Origin: Octopus bimaculoides
Taxonomy: Eukaryota
Assembly: GCF_001194135.2 (NCBI RefSeq)
Contig: NC_068986.1
Span: forward strand, 2,856,663 to 2,895,504
Direction: 5' to 3'
Length of the DNA: 38,842 bases
In this document: positions 21,560 to 32,570 of the stretch, in pieces
Position numbering within the stretch: the first letter of the stretch is position 1
Layout: each line of letters starts with the position of its first letter
Made by a program: the position numbers and the translations under genes
Notes under the pieces: model-generated
What the model was told of the DNA's origin: nothing
The model's database searches: none
Seen by the model: only the letters and a program-made list of their open reading frames with translations

Positions 21560-21900
21560 GTAATGACCGAAAGAGTCCAATCACAGATACAAGCAACCGA
21601 AATGGGGTTCCTCTGAAAGGCTACTAGAGTGTTGTTGCTCAACAGAGTGCATAGCTTGGAGCTCAGAGAGTCTCTCCAGGTTGAGCTGCTACTTCTCTGC
21701 ATTGAGAGGTCACAGCTTTGGTACTATGGACATGTGATTAGAATGGCACAAGAAAGAATTACAAGATGGATTCTTCAAGCCAAGCCAACAGGCAGGAGAC
21801 CTAAGAGTAGACCACAAGTGTGATGGTTCAATTAGATCCAGTTGGTCTCAGTTGGTCATGCTCAGGAATCCATCTGGAAAGTCTAATGGCAGTTGCTTTT
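21560..21900 (+). mobile_element. Degenerate RTE-type LINE fragment (post-RT region)
   Basis: IQATEMGFL*...LRESLQVELLLLCIERSQLWYYGHVIRMAQERITRWILQAKPTGRRPKSRP matches the RTE motif LRWFGHVxRM...GxRxRGRP. Confidence 0.8.
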
Positions 21901-22329
21901 GAAAAGAACCAATAGAGGATTTGCAGGAGTACATTACTCCTATGACCCTCGCAAGGAAAATGAGTTGAGGAGGTCAATGGATAGATTAATGTGTCCAACC
22001 TCACTGAACTTGGTTAAGTCTGCAAAGGTTTTGGGCATCATCCTTGCAGATTCAGTAAATGACAAAAACAAAAGTAATAAAATGCTGAGATGCGTAGTGA
22101 GATTTATCATCATGTTCAATAGTCATTCCAGTCACAAAGTAATTTGGTATCTTTTCTTAATATAAGAAATGAATGACATAACCAGATAATTTTTCCTCAA
22201 GTGAAGGTTTCTTTTTATAAACATCTGTATATAACATTTTTTTTTACATAAATTTATACACATTTTGTATAAATCAACTATCATTAATTAAATTTAATAT
22301 CAATTAACGATACATCATAAAATAAATAA

Positions 22330-22553
22330 CGGTTTCTGAATTTCGGCAAAGGCCTGAAATTTGTGGAGGATTTAGTCGATTACATCAACCCCAGTACATG
22401 ACTGGTTCTTTATTTTATCAAACCCCAGAGGGATGACAGGCAAAGTTAACCTCGGTGGGATTTGAACTCAGAACAAAGAATCAGAATAAATAACACAAGG
22501 CATTTTTTCCAATGCCTGAATAATTCTGTTAATCCACCAGCCTCAATCATAAA
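22330..22553 (-). mobile_element. SINE family A copy (diverged), about 330 nt downstream of the OPA3 stop
   Basis: Shares ggcaaagttaacctcggtgggatttgaactcagaac with other copies. Confidence 0.75.
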
Positions 22554-22880
22554 ATAAATAATGATATAGTAAGAACATCAAAGATTACACCAGTCCAATG
22601 TGTCAGAAAAATATAATTTATAACAGGAATTTAAACAATCAGATTCAAGTTTCAAGCTTCTCAAAGTTTACGAAATAATTTAGAAATTTTAGTTTTGGTT
22701 TATGTACAAAAAAGTAATTGGAAATTAATATTTGGAAATGAAGAAGCTTGTAAAGCTGCCAGTACTACTGTAAAATGGAGAATTTGTCTTCATAGCTAAC
22801 AAATTCATCAGAATAAGGTAACGTTATAGTAGATAGCTTTATATCCTAAAATGATATTAAATTTGAAAGACAATTATTAA

Positions 22881-23254
22881 TCAGTTACTCTTTCGACGAA
22901 ACCAGGAAGCATCTGAAGGCTTTACATCATATAATCTAGATTGAATATCAAGGACTAATCTTGATAATTCACGGATACGAGCTTCTTGCTGGTCTGTTAC
23001 TATGTCTAGTTCTTGAATACGGTTTTCAAGTCTACGAATTTTTTGTGATTTTCCTTCTTCTTTCACCTGCTCTTTCATGGCAGAGCGTTGGTACTCCACA
23101 TATATTGTAGTCGCTGCAATGAAGAAAATTATTGCCTCTCCAAGAAGCTCTGCTCCAAGTTCAGTTGCCATTTGTTCATTTAGTTTCTGTACGTCTTTGG
23201 CTTTGCCTAATCCCATTACTCGCATTTTAACATTCACTTCTGCCCAGTGATACA
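22881..23254 (-). CDS. OPA3: OPA3, coding exon 2 (LYHWAEVNVKMRVMGLG...ELGAELLGEAIIF...WFRRKSN*)
   Basis: Acceptor tttgtctttctttcag|TG; T+TG = Leu; the ELGAELLGE motif and C-terminal coiled coil are typical of OPA3. Joined CDS 513 nt = 170 aa + stop. Confidence 0.96.
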
Positions 23255-23559
23255 CTGAAAGAAAGACAAAGAAAAAAAATATTAAACTTCCAAAGAACAT
23301 GAATAGTTTAACCATTTAGCATTCAGATTATTCTATTAAATGTAATGTTCATTTTTAGAATGACACTGTAGGATAGGTGTGAGAGGCTGAATCTGGCTGG
23401 TTTGAATATAAAATAGGTAGAAACTTGGACCAGATTAGGCTGGTTTAAATGCTAAAGGGTTAAACATTTCTAATCAAAAATAGATTGAATCTAGTATCTA
23501 CTAATAACTCATACAACTAATTATCTCTTGCTCTGATTACATTAAAGAAATGATATATT

Positions 23560-23570
23560 ATGTGTGTGTT

Positions 23571-23623
<53 letters not shown>
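23560..23623. repeat. (TG)(TA)n microsatellite
   Basis: Direct reading. Confidence 0.95.
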
Positions 23624-23626
<3 letters not shown>

Positions 23627-23761
23627 CCATGAGATACTATTTCATGGAATATAAGTTATATTATTAGTTTAAGATGCAGCAAGACACACAGACCATATTG
23701 GCAGAAACGAAATAGTTGTTTCAAAGGATTTGGTGTTAGTAAGTATACTGAGGAGACGCCC

Positions 23762-24090
23762 TTCAGTCATGAATGACCATGGGATTGCACTTAGAAAGTT
23801 ACCCTCCCAGGCACAAGTCTGGGCAAGATTGGTTATGGAAAACCAACAGTTGCCCATGCATACCAGCCTTCCCTCTCCTCGCCACTGATGTTATCCAAGG
23901 GAAAGACAAAGGGACCAATACAGCTTGGCACCAGTGACTTCACAACTCATTTCTACAGCTGAGTGAACTGGAGCAACGTGAAATAAAGGGTCTTGCTCAA
24001 GAACACAACACGCAGCCCAGTCTGGGAATCGAACTCACAACCTCACGATTGTCAGTTCGATGCTCTAACCACTGAGCCATGCACCTTCAC
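23762..24090 (-). mobile_element. SINE family D (tRNA head + Meta/CORE-like central domain)
   Basis: Minus-strand head gtgaaggtgcatggctcagtggttagagc...gagttcgattcc (A/B boxes), then gttcttgagcaagac...ccagttcactcagctgtagaaatgagt. Confidence 0.85.
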
Positions 24091-24461
24091 TAGTATACTA
24101 GAACCAAACAAGTGAGAGTGGAGCATTACGTTGAATACAAAATTATATAATATGTTATTAATACCACACATTTTTCCCAAATAGAAAACCATAGCTTCTG
24201 ACATTTAAACAATATGCATAGATTAAGTAATGATGATGATCATCATCATCATTTAATGTCCATTGTCCATGCTGTGCCAGTCTCCGGTCATCTGTTTTGG
24301 CATGGTTTCTATGGCTGGATGCCCTTCTTAATGCTAACCACTTTGCAGAGTCTTCTGGTTGCTGAACCTGTGACTTTATGATTGTGAGCCAAACACACTA
24401 ATCACTAGGACACATACCTTCACACAATGGATAATGTAGCTCTAGAGACTCAATTCATGAA

Positions 24462-24805
24462 TGACCATGGGATTGCATGAATGACCATGAATGACCATGG
24501 GATTGCACCTAGAAAGTTCCCCTCTGAGGCACAGATCCAGGCAAGGTTGTTTATGGAAGACCAGCAGTCGCCCATGCATACCAGCCTCTCCTCTCCGTGC
24601 CACTGGTTTTATCCAAGGGAAAGGCAAAGGGGCCGATGCAGCTTGGCACCAGTGACATTGCAACTCATTTCTACAGCTGAGTGAACTGGAGCAACGTGAA
24701 ATAAAGTGTCTTGCCCAAGAACACAATACACTGCCCAATCTGGGAATCGAACTCACTACATGATTATGAGCCTGACATTCTAACCACTGAGCCATGCACC
24801 TTCAC
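24462..24805 (-). mobile_element. SINE family D, second copy
   Basis: Colinear with 23762-24090; flanks differ, so an independent insertion. Confidence 0.85.
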
Positions 24806-24910
24806 AGAGACAATACCTAAAGAAATATGAAAGGTCAAAGCAGGAATGTCTCTGATCATAATGTTAATTAGTGAGGCTGATTTGGGGTTAAACAACACTC
24901 TCTATATTTA

Positions 24911-25068
24911 TACATCATCATCATCATCATCATCGTTTAACGTCCGCTTTCCATGCTAGCATGGGTTGGACGATTTGACTGACGACTGGTGCAACCGGAT
25001 GGCTACACCAGGCTCCAATCTAATTTGGCAGAGTTTCTACAGCTGGATGCCCTTCCTAACGCCAACCA
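24911..25068 (-). mobile_element. Family C copy
   Basis: About 5 substitutions versus 19145-19296 by eye; more diverged copies at about 24235-24350 and 25688-25840. Confidence 0.8.
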
Positions 25069-26099
25069 CTCTCTTCTCTAATTGTCTTTCTGAGAACAGG
25101 CAATCGAAAAAAAGTAATAATTTGAAAATCATACGCAATGTCATTTAGTATCCAGTTTAGTGTTCTTCCTCAATGCCTGGCACAGACAAACACAGAGATA
25201 CACTGTAGCTACTAAACCCACTTCATCTTGTAATCAAGATGAAGTTTACTATCTTTTCAACTCTCGAAGAGTAAGTATTTGGAACTTTAGATTCTTCATG
25301 CTGCATCACCTGAGCAAACTCTACTATGAACTTCATTAAAAAATTTATAAGTTTGACTGCATTTATCTATTTATGCATGTTATTAAGGTATTTCTTCAAA
25401 GTAAGTTTTATTTTATACTCTTAAAGCAATTTTGTAATGGGAAGATTATTTTGTCAATGAAATCACACACACTGACTTCATTTCAATAATTTTTATTATT
25501 GCTGATGGACTAGTTAACTAATTAGTTAATTGATTGTTTGATAAATCATTTGATCAATCAATCAATCATTTGGTTTATTAGAGACCTTTGCTGCCATGTG
25601 CGACCTCATCGATTAAGGGCCCTTGTTACTCCAGGTCTGTCACATCATTTCATCGAATAACCATTGATTATTAATTAGTTGATTAATCATCATCATTTAA
25701 CGTCCGTTCTCCATGCTGGCATGGGTTGGATGGTTTGACAGGAATTGGCCAGCAGGAGAGCTGCACCTGGCTCCATTTGTCTGTTTTGACTTGATTTCTA
25801 CAGTTGGATGCCCTTCCTAATACCAATCACTCTACAGAGTATGCTGGATGCATCAAATACGGCACTGGTAAGGGTACTTTAATGTGGTGCCGGCACAGGT
25901 GCTTTTACGCAACACCAGCATGGGCACTTTTACATGGCACTGGCACAGGTGCTTTTCTGTGGCATCATCATGGACACTTTTACATGGTACCAGCACTCTC
26001 GAACCCATAAGATTAGGATCTCTTAGCTAAGAGAGGGATGTAGAGGACATGCCTGTATGCATGGACAGCTACAATTTTACTTAGCATGACATATCTTCT

Positions 26100-26820
26100 C
26101 AAGTACAGCAAAATACCAGAAGTCTCAGTCCCTTGTCGTCTCCTCTTACCACTTTATCCTACGTTTTCCTGGGTCTGCCCCTTTCACACTTTTGTTCTAC
26201 AATTAGAGATCGGAACTTCTTGATGCAGCTGTCCTCTTTCATATGCATCACATGACTGTACTAGTGCAGTCTTCTCTCTTGCACACTACATTTGATACCT
26301 GGTGTACCCAATTCTTCTCTAAAGTTACGTACATGCACACTGACACTACCCATCCAGCAGAGCATGCTGGCTTCATTTCTTTCAAGCTGCCACATGTTCT
26401 TAGACAACCCATGTCTCACTGCCATGTAGGATAGTTGTTTATACACAAGCATCATACAATCTGCCTTTCACTCTGAGGGAAAGGCCCTTTGTTACTAACA
26501 GAAATAGCTCTGATCTTTGCCCAGCCCATCAATATTCTAGCAGCTATGATTTAAGAACTACCTCCTCCACTGCTAGCTTGATTACCCAAGTAACAAAAAC
26601 TGTCTCCTACTTCTAAGGATCAGCCCAGACATTTGAGGGAGTCTATTTTCTGTACATTCCTAGTATTTCATGTACCTGCACATCAGCCACATATGAAGAC
26701 AACATTCTCTATTAACTTTGTTGTAATACTGCTGCACCTCTTATGTGTTCACAGCTTGTACTGCAGATGTTTATTTTTGGCCAAGTAATTCTCTTACAGC
26801 GGTCTCACTAGGAATATAGC
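26100..26820 (-). mobile_element. Degenerate RTE-type LINE fragment
   Basis: LERNEASMLCWMGSVSVHVRNFREELGTPGIKCSVQERRLH*YSHVMHM resembles the RTE LERNEASMLRWMC...LRWYGHVMRM region; stops and frameshifts. Confidence 0.7.
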
Positions 26821-27106
26821 ATCAGTAGCGATTAATAAGTGAAATACAGCCAGTATGTGTGTGTGTGTGTTAGTGTTAATTCGCAAAATGATGTTCTCAA
26901 GATACAACAACAAAATATCTTAAAGTAAGCATTCTTTAAAAATCAAAACAAAACCAAATTAAACAGACATGTTGTAGGTTATTTCCCAGTTAAAGGAACC
27001 AGAAAATATAGTTTACAAGCAGAAATAACCTGTGTTTATTTTCTTTCACGCAATATTTCACAAACAGCAGTTTTAAGGCTTATTAATTATTTGTTTATTA
27101 TACATC

Positions 27107-27120
27107 GCATCCATGGTAAC
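27107..27120 (+). promoter_or_regulatory. RFX X-box-like motif in the OPA3 intron
   Basis: GCATCCATGGTAAC matches the X-box consensus GTHNYYATRRNAAC at 13/14 positions; GC box CCCCGCCCCC about 100 nt downstream. Confidence 0.35.
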
Positions 27121-28839
27121 AAGTCTTATTTATTTCGTGTCGTTTTATCTTAGTTTTATCTTAGTTTTCTCGCCAATGTTTGTTCTGCCGATACACATGC
27201 ATACTTAGCATACATACACCCCGCCCCCGAGTGCTTTATCGTGAGGCTATCGTAGGAGACACCTATTCAAGGTGTCACAGGGAAGCATGTGGTTGCATAA
27301 AGAACTTCAAGGTTATGCATAACATCTAATGCAGTAACACTGGAAAGTTATGGTATAATAATTATATAAAGTCAATTGCCCAATATTCTATTAATAATTT
27401 TAATGGTTGTTGCTGTTGTTTACCCACAGGTCATCTTTGAGATCGAAGTGACATATGACTAAAAACGTGGCAAATCCAGTCTTCATTTTGAAGCTTATAT
27501 ATCGGATGGACTTCAGCATGTATGTCCTTCCTTTTTAAAGGAAAATAGAGTGTAAGTTAAAGAATATTTACTTGTTAAAACTACCAGATCAAGCCATCAG
27601 GGGTCAGACTGAGAGAATTGTAAGAGCTGCTGGCCAAAATGGTCTGTGGATTTTTATTTACAATTTACGATCTGAGTTCAAATCGTGTTAAGGTCAACTT
27701 TGCTTTTCGTATCATTCCGAGTTGATAGAATATAATACCAAACGAATACTGTGGTATATTCCTATAATATATCGTAGATATAAATAGAATGATAACAGAA
27801 AACTACATAGAGGCTCCACAATAGCTTGTCATTTTATTGGCTGATATAGTAGCAGCATGATTACCAAGTTTGCATTCTTCTGCCGATTTCTAAGAATTTC
27901 CCACTCAGCTCACTGAGTTACGTTGCTTGAATCTAATTACAGTTGTTACTAAATTTTAAATTTTTATTAGTAATGTTTAAGATTTATAAATTTCGATTCG
28001 CAGAAATTTTCTGAAAATTCCCAGAAATAATAAAGTTACGAGGGGTTATATGGGGGTATTTAAACCAGAATTCCGCCAATAAAGGGTGATGAAATGAATG
28101 ACCTCCACAAGAAACTCTCAATTAATGTTCGTCTTAGCTAGAGAAAGGTTAAAAAAAAAAAAATTACCCTTATCCAGCCATGGAGGATCATCCGCCTAGT
28201 GATCATTTGAGTTGCTAGAAATAGTAGCAAAATCTTCCCCTACCGTCCTTAAAAAGGAAGGATACATTCAACAATGAAAATAGAAAAAAGAAAAAAAAAA
28301 AGAGGTGGGTATGGATGGAATGTCTTTGATCATAGATTCGAGGACCAGCGATGATATTGAGATAAAGAACAAGAATTAAGTAGATGAAAAAAAAAACTGG
28401 AAATAACCTTAATGGAATGGGAAGTTTTTAGTTGAATCGTGACAACGTGACACCGGTTGATGAGTTGACCTTTCAATATCGATCACAACAAACCGATTAC
28501 AACATTAAAACATCGAAATAGATGTTGAAAAAAATTACAAATTAATTTATTATATTAGAGCTATAGAACTAATTAATGACAGTTACTTAGGATGATGAAA
28601 GATATTTTTTTTAACCGGGATGAAAAAAATACAGAAACGATATTATAAGAGAACCCACAAAAAATTTACATTAAAGGAGTTTACAAAGTCAAAGAGACCT
28701 CAGTTCTATGAGGTATTAGATTACAAAGGGAACTGAAGAAGCTATAACAGTGTTTATAAATAAATGAATTCTAAAAACAAACAATAATTATCGAATGGAA
28801 TTCTTAGAATTGAGTTTAAGGTGAAGTGGTCCAACTTAC

Positions 28840-28978
28840 ATTGAGCAGGTGGCATGCAAACAAACTTTCGAATGAAAGGATGTGCTTTCGCTTTGTTCTT
28901 TATGGCATTTGCCAACGGTTTACTGATTTGTTTGACAGCCAAAGACGCAAGTTTAGCGATGGGGAATGCCGCCACCAT
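28840..28978 (-). CDS. OPA3: OPA3 (optic atrophy 3 protein homolog), coding exon 1
   Basis: MVAAFPIAKLASLAVKQISKPLANAIKNKAKAHPFIRKFVCMPPAQ matches the OPA3 N-terminus (human [28 protein letters not shown]...CLPPAQ); donor CAAT|GTAAGT, phase 1. Confidence 0.96.
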
Positions 28979-29446
28979 AATTATAACCGAAGGGAAGAAC
29001 GACTCATTCAATTAACAGACACGGTTACTTAGGAAGGTTTCTACTCAATATTTTTAAACTGGCGGATATCTTGTACTAAAGTGAAAATGAATTTTAATTC
29101 GCACAAATTTCGTGTTTATTATAATTAATTTGATAAATTAAAAAGAAAATATGGGTATTTTGTAGCGTTAATACTTACAGACGAATAAATGCTTTTTTTT
29201 TTTAGCACTGAATGAATGTTTTGTGTTGAGCTAATTTTAACTTTGTAAGTTATTTCCGTTACTTTGCGAATGAATAATAATTAACCAATTGTGTGTGTGT
29301 CTGTGCGTGTGCGCGCGCGCTGATTTGCTAGAACTTGTTTATGGTAATATTCGTTCAATTTTTTTTTTGGTGATAAAACATTTTACTTCACGTTGATCCA
29401 GTCAACTCAGCTGGCAAAAATGAATAGTACTTCTATTTCAAAGGGT

Positions 29447-29725
29447 AGGCTTTGCCTTTCATCCTTTCGGGGTCGACAAATTAAGTACCAGTTGCATATT
29501 GAGGTCGATCTAATCGATTGGCCACCCCCTACCCCAAAATTTCGGGTCTTGTGCCTAGAGTAGAAAAGAATTTCACGAGCAGGTTGTTCCTTTGGTCGGA
29601 TGAACTGGAACCCCAGTCCTGCTAACCGACGGAGTGCCAGTATAGAATGCAGGCCTCCCACGGTCGAATGGTTTAGAAGTTCGCCTTGCAGCCACGATGT
29701 TCCGGGCTCGATATTACAGCGTGAC
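29447..29725 (+). mobile_element. Composite of SINE fragments (family A 3' part + family E 3' part + family B-like head)
   Basis: 29447-29572 = family A tail; 29573-29648 = reverse complement of 7578-7660; 29650-29725 = decayed B-type head. Confidence 0.7.
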
Positions 29726-30074
29726 ATATGAAAACGGAGAGATGGATGGTTTATATCTATAATTCAAAAGTACAGCCGTGTCAGTGTGTCATGCTAATTC
29801 TGACAGAGAATTACATAAATTCCCAGCCAATTACATGTTAATATTAATGAGCAGATAATTAATTCGAGCAAACAAGTGGATCCTCATCTTCCAACGACGG
29901 TGATCACTCACTTATAGAAATGAAATATTACATTCTTTTACTTTTCAAAGTCACACATTAGTAGAATGGTTGTAAACATCCGTATTAAAGGTTTTATTTA
30001 CTAAGTTTTTATATAAAAATGTTGCCAGAAATATATTACCAGACCGTTGAGGGAATTTAATCTGAGTGATCATA

Positions 30075-30234
30075 GGCATAGCCGTGTGGTAAGGAGTTTG
30101 CTTCTCAACCACCTGGTCCCGAGTTCCGTCCCACTGCGTGGCACCTTCTACTAAATCTTCGGGCCGATCAAAGCCTTGTGAGTGGAAACTGAAAGAAGCC
30201 TGTCGTATATATATGTATATATCTATGTGTGTGC

Positions 30235-30289
<55 letters not shown>

Positions 30290-30485
30290 TTTGTCACCTA
30301 CCACCGCTCGACAGCCAGTGTTGGTGTATTTACGTCAACGTAACTTAGCGTTTCGGCAAAAGTGATCTGATAGAATAATTACCAAGCTGGAAAATAAGTC
30401 TTGGGGTCGATTTGTTCAATTAAAACCCTTCAAGGTGGTGCCCCAGCATGACCGCAGTTAAAAATGACCGAAACAAGTAAAAACA
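30075..30485 (+). mobile_element. SINE family B, full-length (tRNA-like head, internal TA/TG microsatellite, conserved 3' half)
   Basis: gccgtgtggtaagg...gagttccgtcccactgcgtggcacc...ggaaactgaaagaagcc-(microsatellite)-...ggtgccccagcatgaccgcag...gaaacaagtaaaa. Confidence 0.88.
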
Positions 30486-30699
30486 AAAAATGATATATCA
30501 AGTTAAAAAAGACAAAATAAAGCTTCGCGTTGTAACAGACAAGGGACAAAACCTTAACATTCGTTACTTGAAATTATCCCCCTTCGATTTTGTTGCGATT
30601 ATTACAATCTAGGTCAGAGATATTTAATCAGATATTTTAAGGTTGTATGTGATATTACTGATTTAATTTTATTTAAAGCCTGTCTTTTTGAATAAGTTA

Positions 30700-31190
30700 G
30701 CCATTCTCCACGGCAACGTTATCGCGGTCATTATCACGGGACGCAACTGAGCGCACGATTTGTTCTGGAATATGTTTATGGGATTACCTTAGGTTTCCCC
30801 CCCAGAAAGGGTTTAGCATTATGGCATATGATTAGATTTCCTCCTCCATATTTTTAAGAGATCATGGGCCAACAGGTGTTTGAAATCTGACGATACGCCA
30901 TAAAGCTAAACCCTTTATGGACGGGAAACTTAAGGGAATCCCGTAAACCGGCCTTCCTCATTTTTAATATATATGTAGTGAAACTACCTCCCGCCATTAG
31001 ATACAAACTACTATCGCCATTACATACAATCTTCTCATTTAAATATAAATAAATGCGAGCGTAGTAGAGAACCCATTCCTTGTCCATCACGTGACTGATC
31101 ATTATTCGAATCGGCAACTTCTTCGAACCTTTCCCGCCAGAACGCAAACTGACCAATCATGGCCCCTAATAAGGTCACGTGATAGAGTAA
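30700..31190. promoter_or_regulatory. CpG-enriched promoter-like motif cluster upstream of OPA3
   Basis: X-box-like TTCTCCACGGCAAC (30704-30717), YY1-like CCGCCATT (30991-30998), two GTCACGTGA E-boxes in opposite orientations (31087-31095, 31174-31182), GACCAATCA (31151-31159). Confidence 0.35.
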
Positions 31191-32159
31191 AATTCTAAAG
31201 GCATTTGGAGCCCTCTTAACGCTATATATAGATCAACTCATACCCCAATAATTTGTCTCGGTCCAGTTTCTNNNNNNNNNNNNNNNNNNNNNNNNNNNNN
31301 NNNNNNNNNNNNNNNNNNNNNNNNNNNNNNNNNNNNNNNNNNNNNNNNNNNNNNNNNNNNNNNNNNNNNNNNNNNNNNNNNNNNNNNNNNNNNNNNNNNN
31401 NNNNNNNNNNNNNNNNNNNNNNNNNNNNNNNNNNNNNNNNNNNNNNNNNNNNNNNNNNNNNNNNNNNNNNNNNNNNNNNNNNNNNNNNNNNNNNNNNNNN
31501 NNNNNNNNNNNNNNNNNNNNNNNNNNNNNNNNNNNNNNNNNNNNNNNNNNNNNNNNNNNNNNNNNNNNNNNNNNNNNNNNNNATCGACGCCAAAACACAA
31601 CTAGTGATAAGCTCTGCCACACTCAGCCTCTCCTCACTTTCACATACAGAACTTTTCCTATAGTGTACTAACGATCTGGTATAATTGCTCACGTGTTATT
31701 GACTCTCTTTCTATCTGCTGTAATAATACACATACACATACATACTTTTCTTTGTATGACGGCCTGTCTTTGATTATGTTCTTATATGTCGCATTCACAC
31801 TCTCACACAGACATACATCTTTAACGCTACAATAAATATATCTGTTATTCATCTAATACGGTTGTGGTCTTTCATTACTGGTCATCTATGTTATCGTCGC
31901 ATAACATATCATCTATATCATCTTTGATATACATTGTGAGTTCGACCGTGTGACGCGTTTAAATAAAAGGAGTCCTCTGTTTTTCCATTCGTCACCATTT
32001 CTCCTTTTATGAGTTCGCACGGTCGTTCCCTTACAACTGGTGACTCCCGACGTCGGTCGTCCCTTACAATTGGTGACCCCCGACGTTGATTCGTTCATAC
32101 AGCTCTTCTGATCTGTACAGCCAACGCGAGCATGTTCACACAGTTTCCCTTACATATAT

Positions 32160-32371
32160 ATTCTTTTATTCTTTTACTTGTTTCAGTCAATTGACTGTGG
32201 CCATGTTGGAGTACCGCCTTTTCGTCAAAGAAATCTACCCCTGGACTTATTCTTCGTAAGCCTAGTGCTCATTCTATAGGTTTCTTCTACCGAACCGCTA
32301 AGTTACAGGGACGTAAACACACTAACATCGGTCGTCAAACGATAGGGGGGGGCAAACAGACATAAACACAT

Positions 32372-32421
<50 letters not shown>

Positions 32422-32570
32422 GACGGGCTTCTTTCAGTTTCCGTCTACTAAATCCATTCACAAGGCTTTGATTGACCCGAGGCTATAGCAGAAAACACAT
32501 GTCCAAGGTGGCACGCTGCGGGACTGAATCCGGAACCATGTGGTTGGGAAGCAAGCTTTTTACCACACAG
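32160..32570 (-). mobile_element. SINE family B, near full-length
   Basis: Reverse complement of the 30075-30485 architecture with a central (CA)n; the head abuts the gap. Confidence 0.88.

Noticed and set aside
23990-24090. tRNA gene
   Set aside because: tRNA-like A/B boxes are SINE heads continuing into SINE bodies; no acceptor stem closure. The same applies to 7900-7972 and 24720-24805.
30853-31219. TTAA-flanked Kolobok/piggyBac-type element, and ORF 30854-31156
   Set aside because: Ends share only TTAA-GAG with no real terminal inverted repeat; the ORF has no recognisable motif or splice support.
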